This document shows positions 1 to 10,439 of a stretch of DNA of 64,000 bases, piece after piece. Under the pieces are notes generated by a model. That model did not search any database and was not told where the DNA came from. It saw nothing but the letters and a program-made list of their open reading frames with translations. The position numbers and the translations under genes were made by a program. How positions within the stretch are numbered: position 1 is the stretch's first letter; each line of letters opens with the position of its first letter. The stretch is from Macrostomum lignano (taxonomy: Eukaryota), in NCBI GenBank assembly GCA_002269645.1, contig NIVC01000974.1:186001-250000 (forward strand), in the 5' to 3' direction.

Positions 1-1108
1 TCGTTCTTCAGTAAGAAGCGGATGGGCACCTGGAAGAAACCGCATAGCAAACGCTGGTGGGAGGTGGGAGGAAGTGTCCGTTTTCTGGTCAATGAGGCCA
101 TCCGCAAACAGTTGTCGCGATCCCGCAATTCTATTCTGGGATCCAGCCAACAAACGGGAAGCCAAGGCCAGGGAGAAAATGTCTTAAGGTCTCCGAGTCA
201 GCTTGAAACAGACTTGGCAGCCAGTCAAGTAACGGCAGACCGACTCGCCAGGACAATGCGGACCATTCTCTCCGCAAGCCATTTGATACTACGAGCAATC
301 AATTTAATACCCTGTGGGACCTGATCTCTGGCCTATCCTCAAATTTTACGTTGTCGAATAATTTTGAATTAGTAAAAGTAAATTTGTAAAAATGTTTCTT
401 CACATCCTTACTACATTCGGAGCAACAACGGATGTTGCAGCGATGAGAATGGTTTCTATTCGACAATAAATGGTAGACTTACGATGACTGCAGCCAATCT
501 ATGAACTTTTCGATACGTTTCTTCTTATCAAATGTTGCGTCATTTCGCTAATTTACACTCCTTTCCTATTTTACCTACGTCATCTCTCTGAAATGACTCT
601 GGGGCGACGCAAGTGACTCAGGGACGCTTCCAGGCCTACGTGCCGTTTTAATCGACTTTACTCATTCCTTAGTTACAGAAACAATTGGATTTCATAAATC
701 GCCAGTCAGGCCTTCGTGTCCGTAGCCAAAGGACCTACCACCCAACAAGACAGTTCAGCACATTCACTGAAGACGACCTGCTCACGAAGTCGTTGACGGG
801 CCTGCGTGGCGGAGAAGTCGCTGGACGCGGTACAATACTTTTTAATATGGATTGTGAAGGAAAATTTACCACTTTCCCAGGTGCAGATTATGCCTTCCCG
901 GGAACAGCAATTGAAGACATCAGTTAAAGGCATGTATTTTACTAAAGGTAAGGATCTCGCGTCAAAAAGTTGAACACCCTGTGTGAGTGCGTGCCTGTAT
1001 GTATATGTGCGTGCTCAGGGGTCAGCGGACTGGGCTGCGAGCCGACTATCGCCTTGACTTACGGCAAAAATAGCAAAGCAGAGAGTTGCAATAGAAATCT
1101 GCACTCAC

Positions 1109-1682
1109 TCCTCCCGGTACTTCTCGGGCAGCAGGAGAACTGGCAGGCCGGGATAAACGTAGGCGATGCACAGCAGCCGCTTTTTCACCTCAGCAGGCAA
1201 ACTCAGCTGCCGCTTTGACGCCGATGCGCTGCACTTTGCCGACTCGACCATGGCGTTGCTGGCGACCCGCAGGCACCGCTTCGAGTCCAAGACGAGCCGA
1301 CCGGACAGCGCCAGGTTGACGGCCACCTCCTCGGCCGAGCTGCGGTCGAACAGGTCCAGCGGAAACGGCTGCTTGTAGAAGATCTCGAAGGATTGGGCCA
1401 AGTGGGCTGGACGCAGAGGCATCGACAGGCGCTCGGCGGCCACGCGCACCAGCTCGACAATCGACTCGACGGCCTCCGCCTGCTTCGCCGAGCGTTCGGC
1501 ATCGCGCTGCCCTTGCAGCTGCAGCTGGCGCTGACGCTCGCGCTCCTCCTCGCGCTTCTGTCTTCGTTGACGTTCGCGCTCCTCGTAGCGCTTGCGCTCG
1601 CGCTGCAGCTGACGCTCAAGCTCCTCCTCGAGCTCCTCGCGCTTCATCTGGCGTTCCTTCTCGCTTATGATTATTTCGTTTG
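1109..1682 (-). CDS. LOTUS-domain gene A (TDRD5/Tejas-like), exon 2: charged coiled coil, LOTUS 2 and start of LOTUS 3; the next exon was not found in 1-1108
   Basis: Acceptor ttttttgtcccatgcAG at 1684-1683 (phase 1, matches exon 1) and donor GTGAGT at 1108 (phase 2). Encodes ESIVELVRVAAERLSMPLRPAHLAQSFEIFYKQPFPL and LPAEVKKRLL...LPEKYRE; nearly identical to an exon of the LOTUS-Tudor gene at 23 kb. Confidence 0.8.
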
Positions 1683-2001
1683 CTGCATGGGACAAAAAAT
1701 TGCACTGCTAGAGCTAATAATTAAATAATAATAAATTAATACCAATAGTTGGTTATTACAAATAGATACGCTCGTAAGAAATAGTCTAACAATTTTATGT
1801 AGACAAAAATTTTAACAATTTCTAATCTTTCATATTTTATTTGCATACATTGGTTGCTCCCATTAGACCGCAACAACGTACGGTTCGCTGGGAGACATTC
1901 TATGGAGTGATGCTTGGCTTGGCTTATAGCCACAGCATAAATACGACGTACGCATTAATTATAAAGTTCTGCTGAAGACACTTAGCAAGTACAAGTTTGG
2001 G

Positions 2002-4094
2002 AGTCACTAAATGTGTCACTAGATGCGTTACTGAATCACTAGATTAGTCACTGAGTGTCACTAGATGCATCACTGGAAGTCACCAGATTAGTCACCGAAT
2101 GTGTCAATAGATGCGTCACTGGAAGTCACTAGATTAGTCACTGACTGTCACTAGATGCGTCACTGAAGTCACCAGATTAGTCACCAAATGTGTCAATAGA
2201 TGCGTCACTGGAAGTCACTAGATTAGTCACTGACTGTCACTAGATGCGTCACTGAAGTCACCAGATTAGTCACTCAACCGAATCGTCACCAGATTAGTCC
2301 GGAGTGTCACTACATGTATATGCATCACTGGAAGTCACCAGATTAGTCACTGAGTGTCGCTAGATGCGTCACTGAAATCACCAGATTAGTCACTGAACTG
2401 ATGTGCCACTAGATGCGTCACTGGAAGTCACCAGATTAGTCACTGAATGTGCCACTAGAAGCGTCACTGGAAGTCACCAGATTAGTCACTGAATGTGCCA
2501 CTAGATGCATCACTAGAAGTCACTAGATTAGTCACTGAACTGAATGTGCCACTAGATGCGTCACTGGAAGTCACCAGATTAGTCACTGAGTGTCACTAGA
2601 TGCGTCACTGAAATCACCAGATTAGTCACTGAACTGAATGTGCCACTAGATGCGTCACTGGAAGTCACCAGATTAGTCACTGAATGTGCCACTAGAAGCG
2701 TCACTGGAAGTCACCAGATTAGTCACTGAATGTGCCACTAGATGCATCACTGGAAGTCACCAGATTAGTCACTGAATGTGCCTCTAGAAGCGTCACTGGA
2801 AGTCACCAGATTAGTCACTGAATGTGCCACTAGATGCATCACTGGAAGTCACCAGATTAGTCACTGAATGTGCCTCTAGAAGCGTCACTGGAAGTCACCA
2901 GATTAGTCACTGAATGTGCCTCTAGAAGCGTCACTGGAAGTCACCAGATTAGTCACTGAATTTGCCACTAGATGCATCACTGGAAGTCACCAGATTAGTC
3001 ACTGAATGTGCCACTAGATGCATCACTGGAAGTCACCAGATTAGTCACTGAATGTGCCTCTAGAAGCGTCACTGGAAGTCACCAGATTAGTCACTGAATT
3101 TGCCACTAGATGCATCACTGGAAGTCACCAGATTAGTCACTGAATTTGCCACTAGATGCATCACTGGAAGTCACCAGATTAGTCACTGAATGTGCCTCTA
3201 GAAGCGTCACTGGAAGTCACCAGATTAGTCACTGAATTTGCCACTAGATGCATCACTGGAAGTCACCAGATTAGTCACTGAATGTGCCACTAGATGCATC
3301 ACTGGAAGTCACCAGATTAGTCACTGAATGTGCCTCTAGAAGCGTCACTGGAAGTCACCAGATTAGTCACTGAATTTGCCACTAGATGCATCACTGGAAG
3401 TCACAAGATTAGTCACTGAATGTGCCACTAGATGCATCACTGGAAGTCACCAGATTAGTCACTGAATGTGCCTCTAGAAGCGTCACTGGAAGTCACCAGA
3501 TTAGTCACTGAATTTGCCACTAGATGCATCACTGGAAGTCACCAGATTAGTCACTGAATGTGCCACTAGATGCATCACTGGAAGTCACCAGATTAGTCAC
3601 TGAATTTGCCACTAGATGCATCACTGGAAGTCACCAGATTAGTCACTGAATTTGCCACTAGATGCATCACTGGAAGTCACCAGATTAGTCACTGAATGTG
3701 CCACTAGATGCATCACTGGAAGTCACCAGATTAGTCACTGAATGTGCCTCTAGAAGCGTCACTGGAAGTCACCAGATTAGTCACTGAATTTGCCACTAGA
3801 TGCATCACTGGAAGTCACCAGATTAGTCACTGAATTTGCCACTAGATGCATCACTGGAAGTCACCAGATTAGTCACTGAATGTGCCACTAGATGCATCAC
3901 TGGAAGTCACCAGATTAGTCACTGAATGTGCCTCTAGAAGCGTCACTGGAAGTCACCAGATTAGTCACTGAATTTGCCACTAGATGCATCACTGGAAGTC
4001 ACCAGATTAGTCACTGAATTTGCCACTAGATGCATCACTGGAAGTCACCAGATTAGTCACTGAATGTGCCACTAGATGCATCACTGGAAGTCAC
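2002..4094. repeat. 46-bp tandem satellite, left arm (about 45 units)
   Basis: Unit gtcaccagattagtcactgaatgtgccactagatgcatcactggaa; period 46 checked (2761 vs 2807); degenerate units at the left edge. Confidence 0.97.
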
Positions 4095-4286
4095 TGTTAA
4101 GTAGGAACAAGCGAGACATTTAGGCACGACAAAACTCTTAAGGCCCAAGTTGGCCAAAGTCAGACTATATATATTGTCAAGTGAAGCGGGTTGAAATATT
4201 GATTCATGCAATGTACAGTGTCGCGTGTACATAGAGCTAGTGTGCATTTTGAATTAAGAAAGAGTTCTAAAACGCGACACACAACA
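4095..4286 (-). repeat. 3' LTR (192 bp)
   Basis: Base-by-base match to 8896-9087; preceded in element orientation by a short purine tract TGGGAGA (4293-4287). Confidence 0.96.
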
Positions 4287-4671
4287 TCTCCCAACGCAAG
4301 AAATAAGTTTGTTAACCGATTACAGTATTAAAGTATTTAGCAAAATCTCCGAACGGAAGCGGAAATAAAAGCAAATTCGAATGGAAGCGGATTTAAAAAA
4401 AACTACAATCTTTGAGTCATGTTGGACTAATAACATTGGCAACATTGATACAAACAATGCACATTAACTTTAATGCAAAGCTCTGGACCGATACAATGCA
4501 ACAATACACTCCTAATCTCTCCACTGTCTAAGAATACAAAGTCGGAAATCAATGCGGAATATAACGCGACCTTACGATTCGCAAGCTCAAACAGTTCTAA
4601 AAAAAAACAGTTCATCAAACTTTAACTCAAATCAGAATCAAGCGTCAACTTATCTTCATCAATACAGCGGC

Positions 4672-7600
4672 TTAACTCGGATGATAGAAAACTGGCGTTT
4701 TGACAACTCGGCCACGCATTGTCCTGTACGGCTCATCTGACTGCTTTGAGGCCGGCTGCACGGAGGCCGGCTGCACGGAGGCCGGCTGCACGGAGGCCGG
4801 CTGCACGGAGGCCGGCTGCACGGAGGCCGGCTGCACGGAGGCCGGCTGCACGGAGGCCGGCTGCACGGAGGCCGGCTGCACGGAGGCCGGCTGCGCAGAG
4901 GCCGGCTGCACGGAGGCCGGCTGCACGGAGGCCGGCTGCACGGAGGCCGGCTGCTCAGCCTCGTCGACATCCTCGCTGTCACAATGGAGAGACTCGCTGA
5001 ATGGCACATCTACCATTCGAGGCCTGATGAAACGGCGATTCCTTCTGAGCAGCTGACCAGTCTCGGTTCGAACCCAGTACGACCTTGGACAATTCTCCAG
5101 CTCGCTGTCGATCTCAGCAGCCACCCAGTCGCGACGACCTCGTTGGAGCCAGACCAGATCACCAGCAGCTAGTCTCCTCAATGGTCGAGCTCCTCGGTTG
5201 TACAACTGCGCTGCCCGAGTGCGCTGCTTCTCAAAGGCCTCTATGCTTGAGTGTAGGTGAATTTCCTTTGGCCGCAAATCTTGAACAGTTGCAGGCAAGT
5301 CGCACCGGAGCTTACGACCGAATGCCATCTCAGCTGGACTCGGAAAGCCGCTGCCGACTGGGGTGTTGCGGTAGTGAAGCAACGCCAGCTCCAGGTTCTG
5401 TCCAGTCTCTGAGCACTTCTTCAGCATATTCTTTGCCGTTTGTACGTAGCGTTCTGCTCTTCCATTTGATTGCGGGTACGTCGGACTTGAAGTTCGGTGC
5501 TCGACCTTGAATTCTGCTATCGTCTGTCGAAATTCCCGAGCGGAAAACTGTGGACCTCCGTCGCTGACGAGTTTCTCTGGCACTCCGAAGTTTTGAAAAT
5601 GGTCCCGAATCACTGAAACGACAGCTGCGCTGGTGGTCGATCTCATTCGAGTGACACTCATCCAGCGACTGTAGGAGTCCACGTACACCAGGTAGGATGA
5701 ACCGCCGAACTCGAACAGGTCTGTGGAGCAATCTTGGAATGGGAAGCTCGGCATGTCCACCGTCATCAGCGTCTCCTTAGACTGGGTTCTCATGTTTCGC
5801 TGACAAGACTCGCAGTCAGTGACGACCTGCTCCACACAGCTCCGCATTCCTGGCCAGTAGAAATAGTCCTTAGCCTTGAGGTGCATTTTCACGATGCCTG
5901 GGTGCCCAGCATGAAGAATTTTGAGCACCTGTTTCCTTGAATCTCCGCTGGGAACATAGATCCGGTCCTTCAAGCACAAAAGTCCGGAAGCATAGGTCAG
6001 GTCATGCCGAACGTCCCAAAACGGCTTCAGGTCGTCTGTCAACCTCGCTCTGTGCTCTGGCCAACCGTCTAGGATGACATTCCGCAACCGCTCGCTCGTC
6101 ATATCTTTGGCTGTTGCATTCTTGATCATGTGCAAGATCTCGCGGTCCCCGCTAAAGCAGCGCTCGACTGATAGGACTTGACCATCGAGGGCTTCTTCTA
6201 GCTGAATTGTGAGGAGATCAGCTGCACCGTGTGCTCGGCTCAATGTGTCGGCTACGTGCAACTCCTTTCCGGGAGTGTACTTGACGCGAATGTCATAAGG
6301 CTGCAACTGGAGCATAAGTCGCTGAATTCGAGGCGTTGTGTCACACAGAGCCTTCTTGAAGATCGCCTCCAACGGCTTGTGGTCGCTCTGGACATGCACT
6401 GTCCGGCCCCAGATGTATCGATGGAACTTTTTGCAGCCATAGACAATAGCAAGAAGCTCTTTCTCGATTTGTGCATATGCTCGCTGGGCACTGGTCATTG
6501 CAGAGGACGCGTATTCGACTGGGCGATGGTCTTGTAGCAGCACTGCGCCAATTCCACTCTTGCTTGCGTCGACTGAAACCGTTACGGGCTTGGCTGTGTC
6601 AAAGGTAGCCAGCACCCGGTTCGAGCACAGATCCGCGATGATTGCATCATACGCCTGGTCGTGCTGATCCAGCCAGCTCCATATGATTTCCTTCTTCAGG
6701 AGATGCCTCAGTGGTTCCGCAGTGGCTGACAGGTGCGGGCAGAATCTTGCCAAGTAGGTGACACAGCCGAGAAAACGCCTCAGTTGCTCTTTCTTTGCGG
6801 TTACGCCTTCCAGAGAGTCGGGTCTTGCTATCTGCTTGATTGCCTTGACCTTCTGCGGATCAGCTCGAATTCCATCAGGGCCCAGAATATCGCCTAAGTA
6901 GTTCAGCTCTGGGGCTCCAACTCGCATCTTGTTCGGATTCAGCGTGACGTTAGCGCGCTTGCACTGCTCCATCAGGCTGCGAACTGCAGTGTCATGTTCC
7001 TCGATGGTGCGCCCCCACACGATAATGTCATCGAAAAAGTTTTTCGAGTTCTTGACGTGACTGGTGACATTCTCCTCCATGCGCTTTTGGAACACTTCGG
7101 GGATCGATGATAAGCCGTACGGCACCCGCTTCCACCTGTAACGGCCGAATGGAGTATGGAACGTAGTGAGGAACGAGCTCTGCTCATCTAGCTTGAGCTG
7201 ATGGAAACTCTCGTTGGCGTCAAATGTGCTGTACACCACGGCTCCAGCAGTCGCCATCCGAACTTCCTCCGCCGTTGGAATCGGGTGATATTCGCGGATG
7301 ATGAACTGGTTCAGGTATGTTGGGTCAAGGCATAGGCGCATCGAGCCGTCCTTCTTCCAGACAATGGTGACGTTTGAAACCCATTGAGTCGGCTCGTCTA
7401 CTCGAACAATTTTCCCATCTCTCTCCAGGCGCTCCAGCTCGCACTTCAAGGGCTGATAGGCCGCGAATGGAACCTTGCGTGGCGGCTGGACTTTTGGAGC
7501 GGCATTTTCTGTTAGCTGAATTGTGTACTGCTGCTTCATGCACCCGACACCTTTGAACACAGTCGGATAGTCTGCTATCAGCTGGCTGCTAGTGATCTGA

Positions 7601-8844
7601 GACTGGTGGGGTTTCTCAACTTTGCTGAGATTGGCTGGGCTCTTGTTTATGGCAAAAAGCTTCCTGATGAGATGCAACTCATGCAGTGCTGACTTCCAAC
7701 CTATGATCGGAGTCGCGTTTTCTCCAACGACTACAAACTGAAGTTTAACGTTTTTCTGACACGGAGACGAAACTGTCAGGTGAGTTAGGCCGACGACATC
7801 CAGCTGCTGTCTGTTGTAGGTAGTGAGTGTCCAGGATGTGGGCTCAATTTCAGCCGCAGGGGCGAACTTGATCAGGCATCGCAGCGGAACAACGTTGACA
7901 TCTGCCCCAGTATCGACCTTAAACTGGAGCATCCGTCCCGAATCCTTCGCCGTGAGATTCACCATCATTGTTGAGTAGTCGTGCAGACGCTGAGCTTCCA
8001 GTTTCTCAACTGTCATGACTGTCGCTGGTTTTGCCTCTTGGTCAGCGTCATCCAGCTGCTGCTTGTCCTCCTGGAGCTCGTTGACTTTCTTTGAGGACCG
8101 GCACATTGACGAGAAGTGGTTCAGACGGCCACAGTTGTTACACTTCCTACCGTAGGCTGGGCATTTTCTCCGCTCGTGCTGCAGTCCGCAGAAGCCACAG
8201 CCGCGGCCTGAAGGCGGTTTTGGTGGGCCAGCTGGTGCTCGGGGTCCACCTTGGACAACATCCACCGTTGACGGCGGAGCTCGGCCGCTCTGAGTTGCCA
8301 GCAGAGCGCTAGCCTGTCGCTTTGACGTCTCCGAAGCCCGTCCCATCTGAATTGCACGGTTGAGTGTCAGGTTGGACTCACGGAGTAGTCTCTCTTTGAG
8401 CGCTGGGTCGCCGACTCCGATCACGATCTGGTCGCGGATGACGCTGTCGCCGACTGACTCGCCGTTGGCTGGTGTCGCGTAGTTGCACCTGGTCACGAGC
8501 TGTCGCAGAGAGGCAACGAACTGATCGAAGTCTTCCGACTCCTTCTGCACTCTGGTTCTGAACAGGTAGCGGTCGAAGGTCTCGTTGCTCATTGGCTCAC
8601 AGTAATTCTTGAATTGATTGAGAACCCCAGCGTATGTCGCCACTTCGGCTGTCGGGAAGGTGGAGAACACGTCTTGTCCTTCTGATCCGAGCGCAGTCAA
8701 CAGTATTGCAATCTTGACCTCTTCGCTCTCCTCCGTTTTCTTGGTTGCCTTCATGTAGAAGTCGATCGCTTTGCTCCATTTTCTCCAGTTATCTGCGCGA
8801 TTGGCATCAAAAACCATCGGCTCTGGAGGCCTCAGTCCTTCCAT
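4672..8844 (-). CDS. Gag-Pol polyprotein, 1390 aa (gag zinc knuckles, protease, RT, RNase H, integrase)
   Basis: CGFCGLQHERRKC and CNNCGRLNHFSSMC knuckles; FKVDTGADV protease; FDANESFHQ and FFDD RT; VDAS...EKELLAI RNase H; HAGH...CESC plus TDLF...SDGGPQF...SNGRAER integrase. Domain order PR-RT-RH-IN is Gypsy type. Confidence 0.97.
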   Translation of the reverse strand: MEGLRPPEPMVFDANRADNWRKWSKAIDFYMKATKKTEESEEVKIAILLTALGSEGQDVFSTFPTAEVATYAGVLNQFKNYCEPMSNETFDRYLFRTRVQKESEDFDQFVASLRQLVTRCNYATPANGESVGDSVIRDQIVIGVGDPALKERLLRESNLTLNRAIQMGRASETSKRQASALLATQSGRAPPSTVDVVQGGPRAPAGPPKPPSGRGCGFCGLQHERRKCPAYGRKCNNCGRLNHFSSMCRSSKKVNELQEDKQQLDDADQEAKPATVMTVEKLEAQRLHDYSTMMVNLTAKDSGRMLQFKVDTGADVNVVPLRCLIKFAPAAEIEPTSWTLTTYNRQQLDVVGLTHLTVSSPCQKNVKLQFVVVGENATPIIGWKSALHELHLIRKLFAINKSPANLSKVEKPHQSQITSSQLIADYPTVFKGVGCMKQQYTIQLTENAAPKVQPPRKVPFAAYQPLKCELERLERDGKIVRVDEPTQWVSNVTIVWKKDGSMRLCLDPTYLNQFIIREYHPIPTAEEVRMATAGAVVYSTFDANESFHQLKLDEQSSFLTTFHTPFGRYRWKRVPYGLSSIPEVFQKRMEENVTSHVKNSKNFFDDIIVWGRTIEEHDTAVRSLMEQCKRANVTLNPNKMRVGAPELNYLGDILGPDGIRADPQKVKAIKQIARPDSLEGVTAKKEQLRRFLGCVTYLARFCPHLSATAEPLRHLLKKEIIWSWLDQHDQAYDAIIADLCSNRVLATFDTAKPVTVSVDASKSGIGAVLLQDHRPVEYASSAMTSAQRAYAQIEKELLAIVYGCKKFHRYIWGRTVHVQSDHKPLEAIFKKALCDTTPRIQRLMLQLQPYDIRVKYTPGKELHVADTLSRAHGAADLLTIQLEEALDGQVLSVERCFSGDREILHMIKNATAKDMTSERLRNVILDGWPEHRARLTDDLKPFWDVRHDLTYASGLLCLKDRIYVPSGDSRKQVLKILHAGHPGIVKMHLKAKDYFYWPGMRSCVEQVVTDCESCQRNMRTQSKETLMTVDMPSFPFQDCSTDLFEFGGSSYLVYVDSYSRWMSVTRMRSTTSAAVVSVIRDHFQNFGVPEKLVSDGGPQFSAREFRQTIAEFKVEHRTSSPTYPQSNGRAERYVQTAKNMLKKCSETGQNLELALLHYRNTPVGSGFPSPAEMAFGRKLRCDLPATVQDLRPKEIHLHSSIEAFEKQRTRAAQLYNRGARPLRRLAAGDLVWLQRGRRDWVAAEIDSELENCPRSYWVRTETGQLLRRNRRFIRPRMVDVPFSESLHCDSEDVDEAEQPASVQPASVQPASVQPASAQPASVQPASVQPASVQPASVQPASVQPASVQPASVQPASVQPASVQPASKQSDEPYRTMRGRVVKTPVFYHPS
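4748..4954 (-). repeat. 15-bp coding minisatellite, 14 copies of QPAS(V), in the integrase C-terminal tail
   Basis: gaggccggctgcacg repeated in frame within the pol ORF. Confidence 0.95.
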
Positions 8845-8881
8845 TAGCTAGCTTGCTTGGCTATTGGGGGAAAGTACTTTA

Positions 8882-8895
8882 TGCTTGCGACGCCA
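8882..8895 (-). other. Primer-binding site TGGCGTCGCAAGCA, possibly for a tRNA-Ser
   Basis: Abuts the 5' LTR and starts with TGG (complement of tRNA CCA). The implied G discriminator base fits Ser; tRNA identity is inference. Confidence 0.7.
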
Positions 8896-9087
8896 TGTTA
8901 AGTAGGAACAAGCGAGACATTTAGGCACGACAAAACTCTTAAGGCCCAAGTTGGCCAAAGTCAGACTATATATATTGTCAAGTGAAGCGGGTTGAAATAT
9001 TGATTCATGCAATGTACAGTGTCGCGTGTACATAGAGCTAGTGTGCATTTTGAATTAAGAAAGAGTTCTAAAACGCGACACACAACA
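8896..9087 (-). repeat. 5' LTR (192 bp)
   Basis: Identical to 4095-4286; contains TATATATA. Confidence 0.96.
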
Positions 9088-10171
9088 GTCACCAGATTAG
9101 TCACTGAATGTGCCTCTAGAAGCGTCACTGGAAGTCACCAGATTAGTCACTGAATGTGCCACTAGAAGCGTCACTGGAAGTCACCAGATTAGTCACTGAA
9201 TGTGCCTCTAGAAGCGTCACTGGAAGTCACCAGATTAGTCACTGAATGTGCCTCTAGAAGCGTCATTGGAAGTCACCAGATTAGTCACTGAATGTGCCAC
9301 TAGATGCATCACTGGAAGTCACCAGATTAGTCACTGAATGTGCCTCTAGAAGCGTCACTGGAAGTCACCAGATTAGTCACTGAATTTGCCACTAGATGCA
9401 TCACTGGAAGTCACCAGATTAGTCACTGAATTTGCCACTAGATGCATCACTGGAAGTCACCAGATTAGTCACTGAATGTGCCTCTAGAAGCGTCACTGGA
9501 AGTCACCAGATTAGTCACTGAATGTGCCACTAGATGCGTCACTGGAAGTCACCAGATTAGTCACTGAATGTGCCACTAGAAGCGTCACTGGAAGTCACCA
9601 GATTAGTCACTGAATGTGCCTCTAGAAGCGTCACTGGAAGTCACCAGATTAGTCACTGAATGTGCCTCTAGAAGCGTCACTGGAAGTCACCAGATTAGTC
9701 ACTGAATGTGCCACTAGATGCATCACTGGAAGTCACCAGATTAGTCACTGAATGTGCCTCTAGAAGCGTTACTGGAAGTCACCAGATTAGTCACTGAATT
9801 TGCCACTAGATGCATCACTGGAAGTCACCAGATTAGTCACTGAATTTGCCACTAGATGCATCACTGGAAGTCACCAGATTAGTCACTGAATGTGCCTCTA
9901 GAAGCGTCACTGGAAGTCACCAGATTAGTCACTGAATGTGCCACTAGATGCATCACTGGAAGTCACCAGATTAGTCACTGAATGTGCCACTAGATGCGTC
10001 ACTCGAAGTCACTGAATGTGCCACTAGATGCATCACTAGAAGTCACCAGATTAGTCACTGAATGTGCCACTAGATGCGTCACTCGAAGTCACCAGATTAG
10101 TCACTGAATGTGCCACTAGATGCGTCACTCGAAGTCACTAGATTAGTCACTTAACCGAATCGTCACCAGAT
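9088..10171. repeat. 46-bp tandem satellite, right arm (about 23 units)
   Basis: Same unit as 2002-4094; resumes in register after the TSD. Confidence 0.97.
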
Positions 10172-10210
10172 GCAGCAACTAACTGCTTCACAGTACAATA
10201 CGCCGCTTAC

Positions 10211-10439
10211 GGTTAGTGAGGACCAGTCGGACGCAGGACTCTCCTTGCCATTCGTACACCTGCATGCCGTCAATGGAGTCTAGCAAGTCTTCCAATGATT
10301 TAAAATTAAACTGTTGCCATCGCAACGGACCAACGCAGCGAGCGTACTCGCTGGCAAGGGCCGCGCAAGTGATATTTTGCTGGCGCTTTAAATTTGGAAC
10401 GCGCATGCATAGGCGCAGATTGACGGCCACCTGCTCCAT
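10211..10439 (-). CDS. LOTUS-domain gene A, exon 1 (N-terminal LOTUS/OST-HTH domain)
   Basis: ATG at 10439; LASEYARCVGPLRWQQFNFKSLEDLLDSIDGMQV fits the LOTUS pattern (L..eY...g.l......F.sLedLL.sipgv). Donor GTAAGC at 10210 is phase 1 and joins in frame to 1682. Confidence 0.8.

Larger units (their letters stand above)
4095..9087 (-). mobile_element. Full-length Ty3/Gypsy LTR retrotransposon, Mag-like, very recent insertion
   Basis: Identical 192-bp LTRs with TG..CA ends (4095-4286, 8896-9087), 5-bp TSD GTCAC (4090-4094, 9088-9092), PBS next to the 5' LTR, single intact gag-pol ORF. Confidence 0.97.

Noticed and set aside
1-960. ORFs 22-324, 685-927 and 706-933 as exon 3 of LOTUS gene A or as a transposon fragment
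   Set aside because: No similarity to exon 2 of paralog B (FNCQLPSF...) and no recognisable motif; left unassigned.
4287-4671. Possible env or extra ORF in the retrotransposon 3' region
   Set aside because: Only 385 bp, AT-rich, no credible minus-strand ORF.
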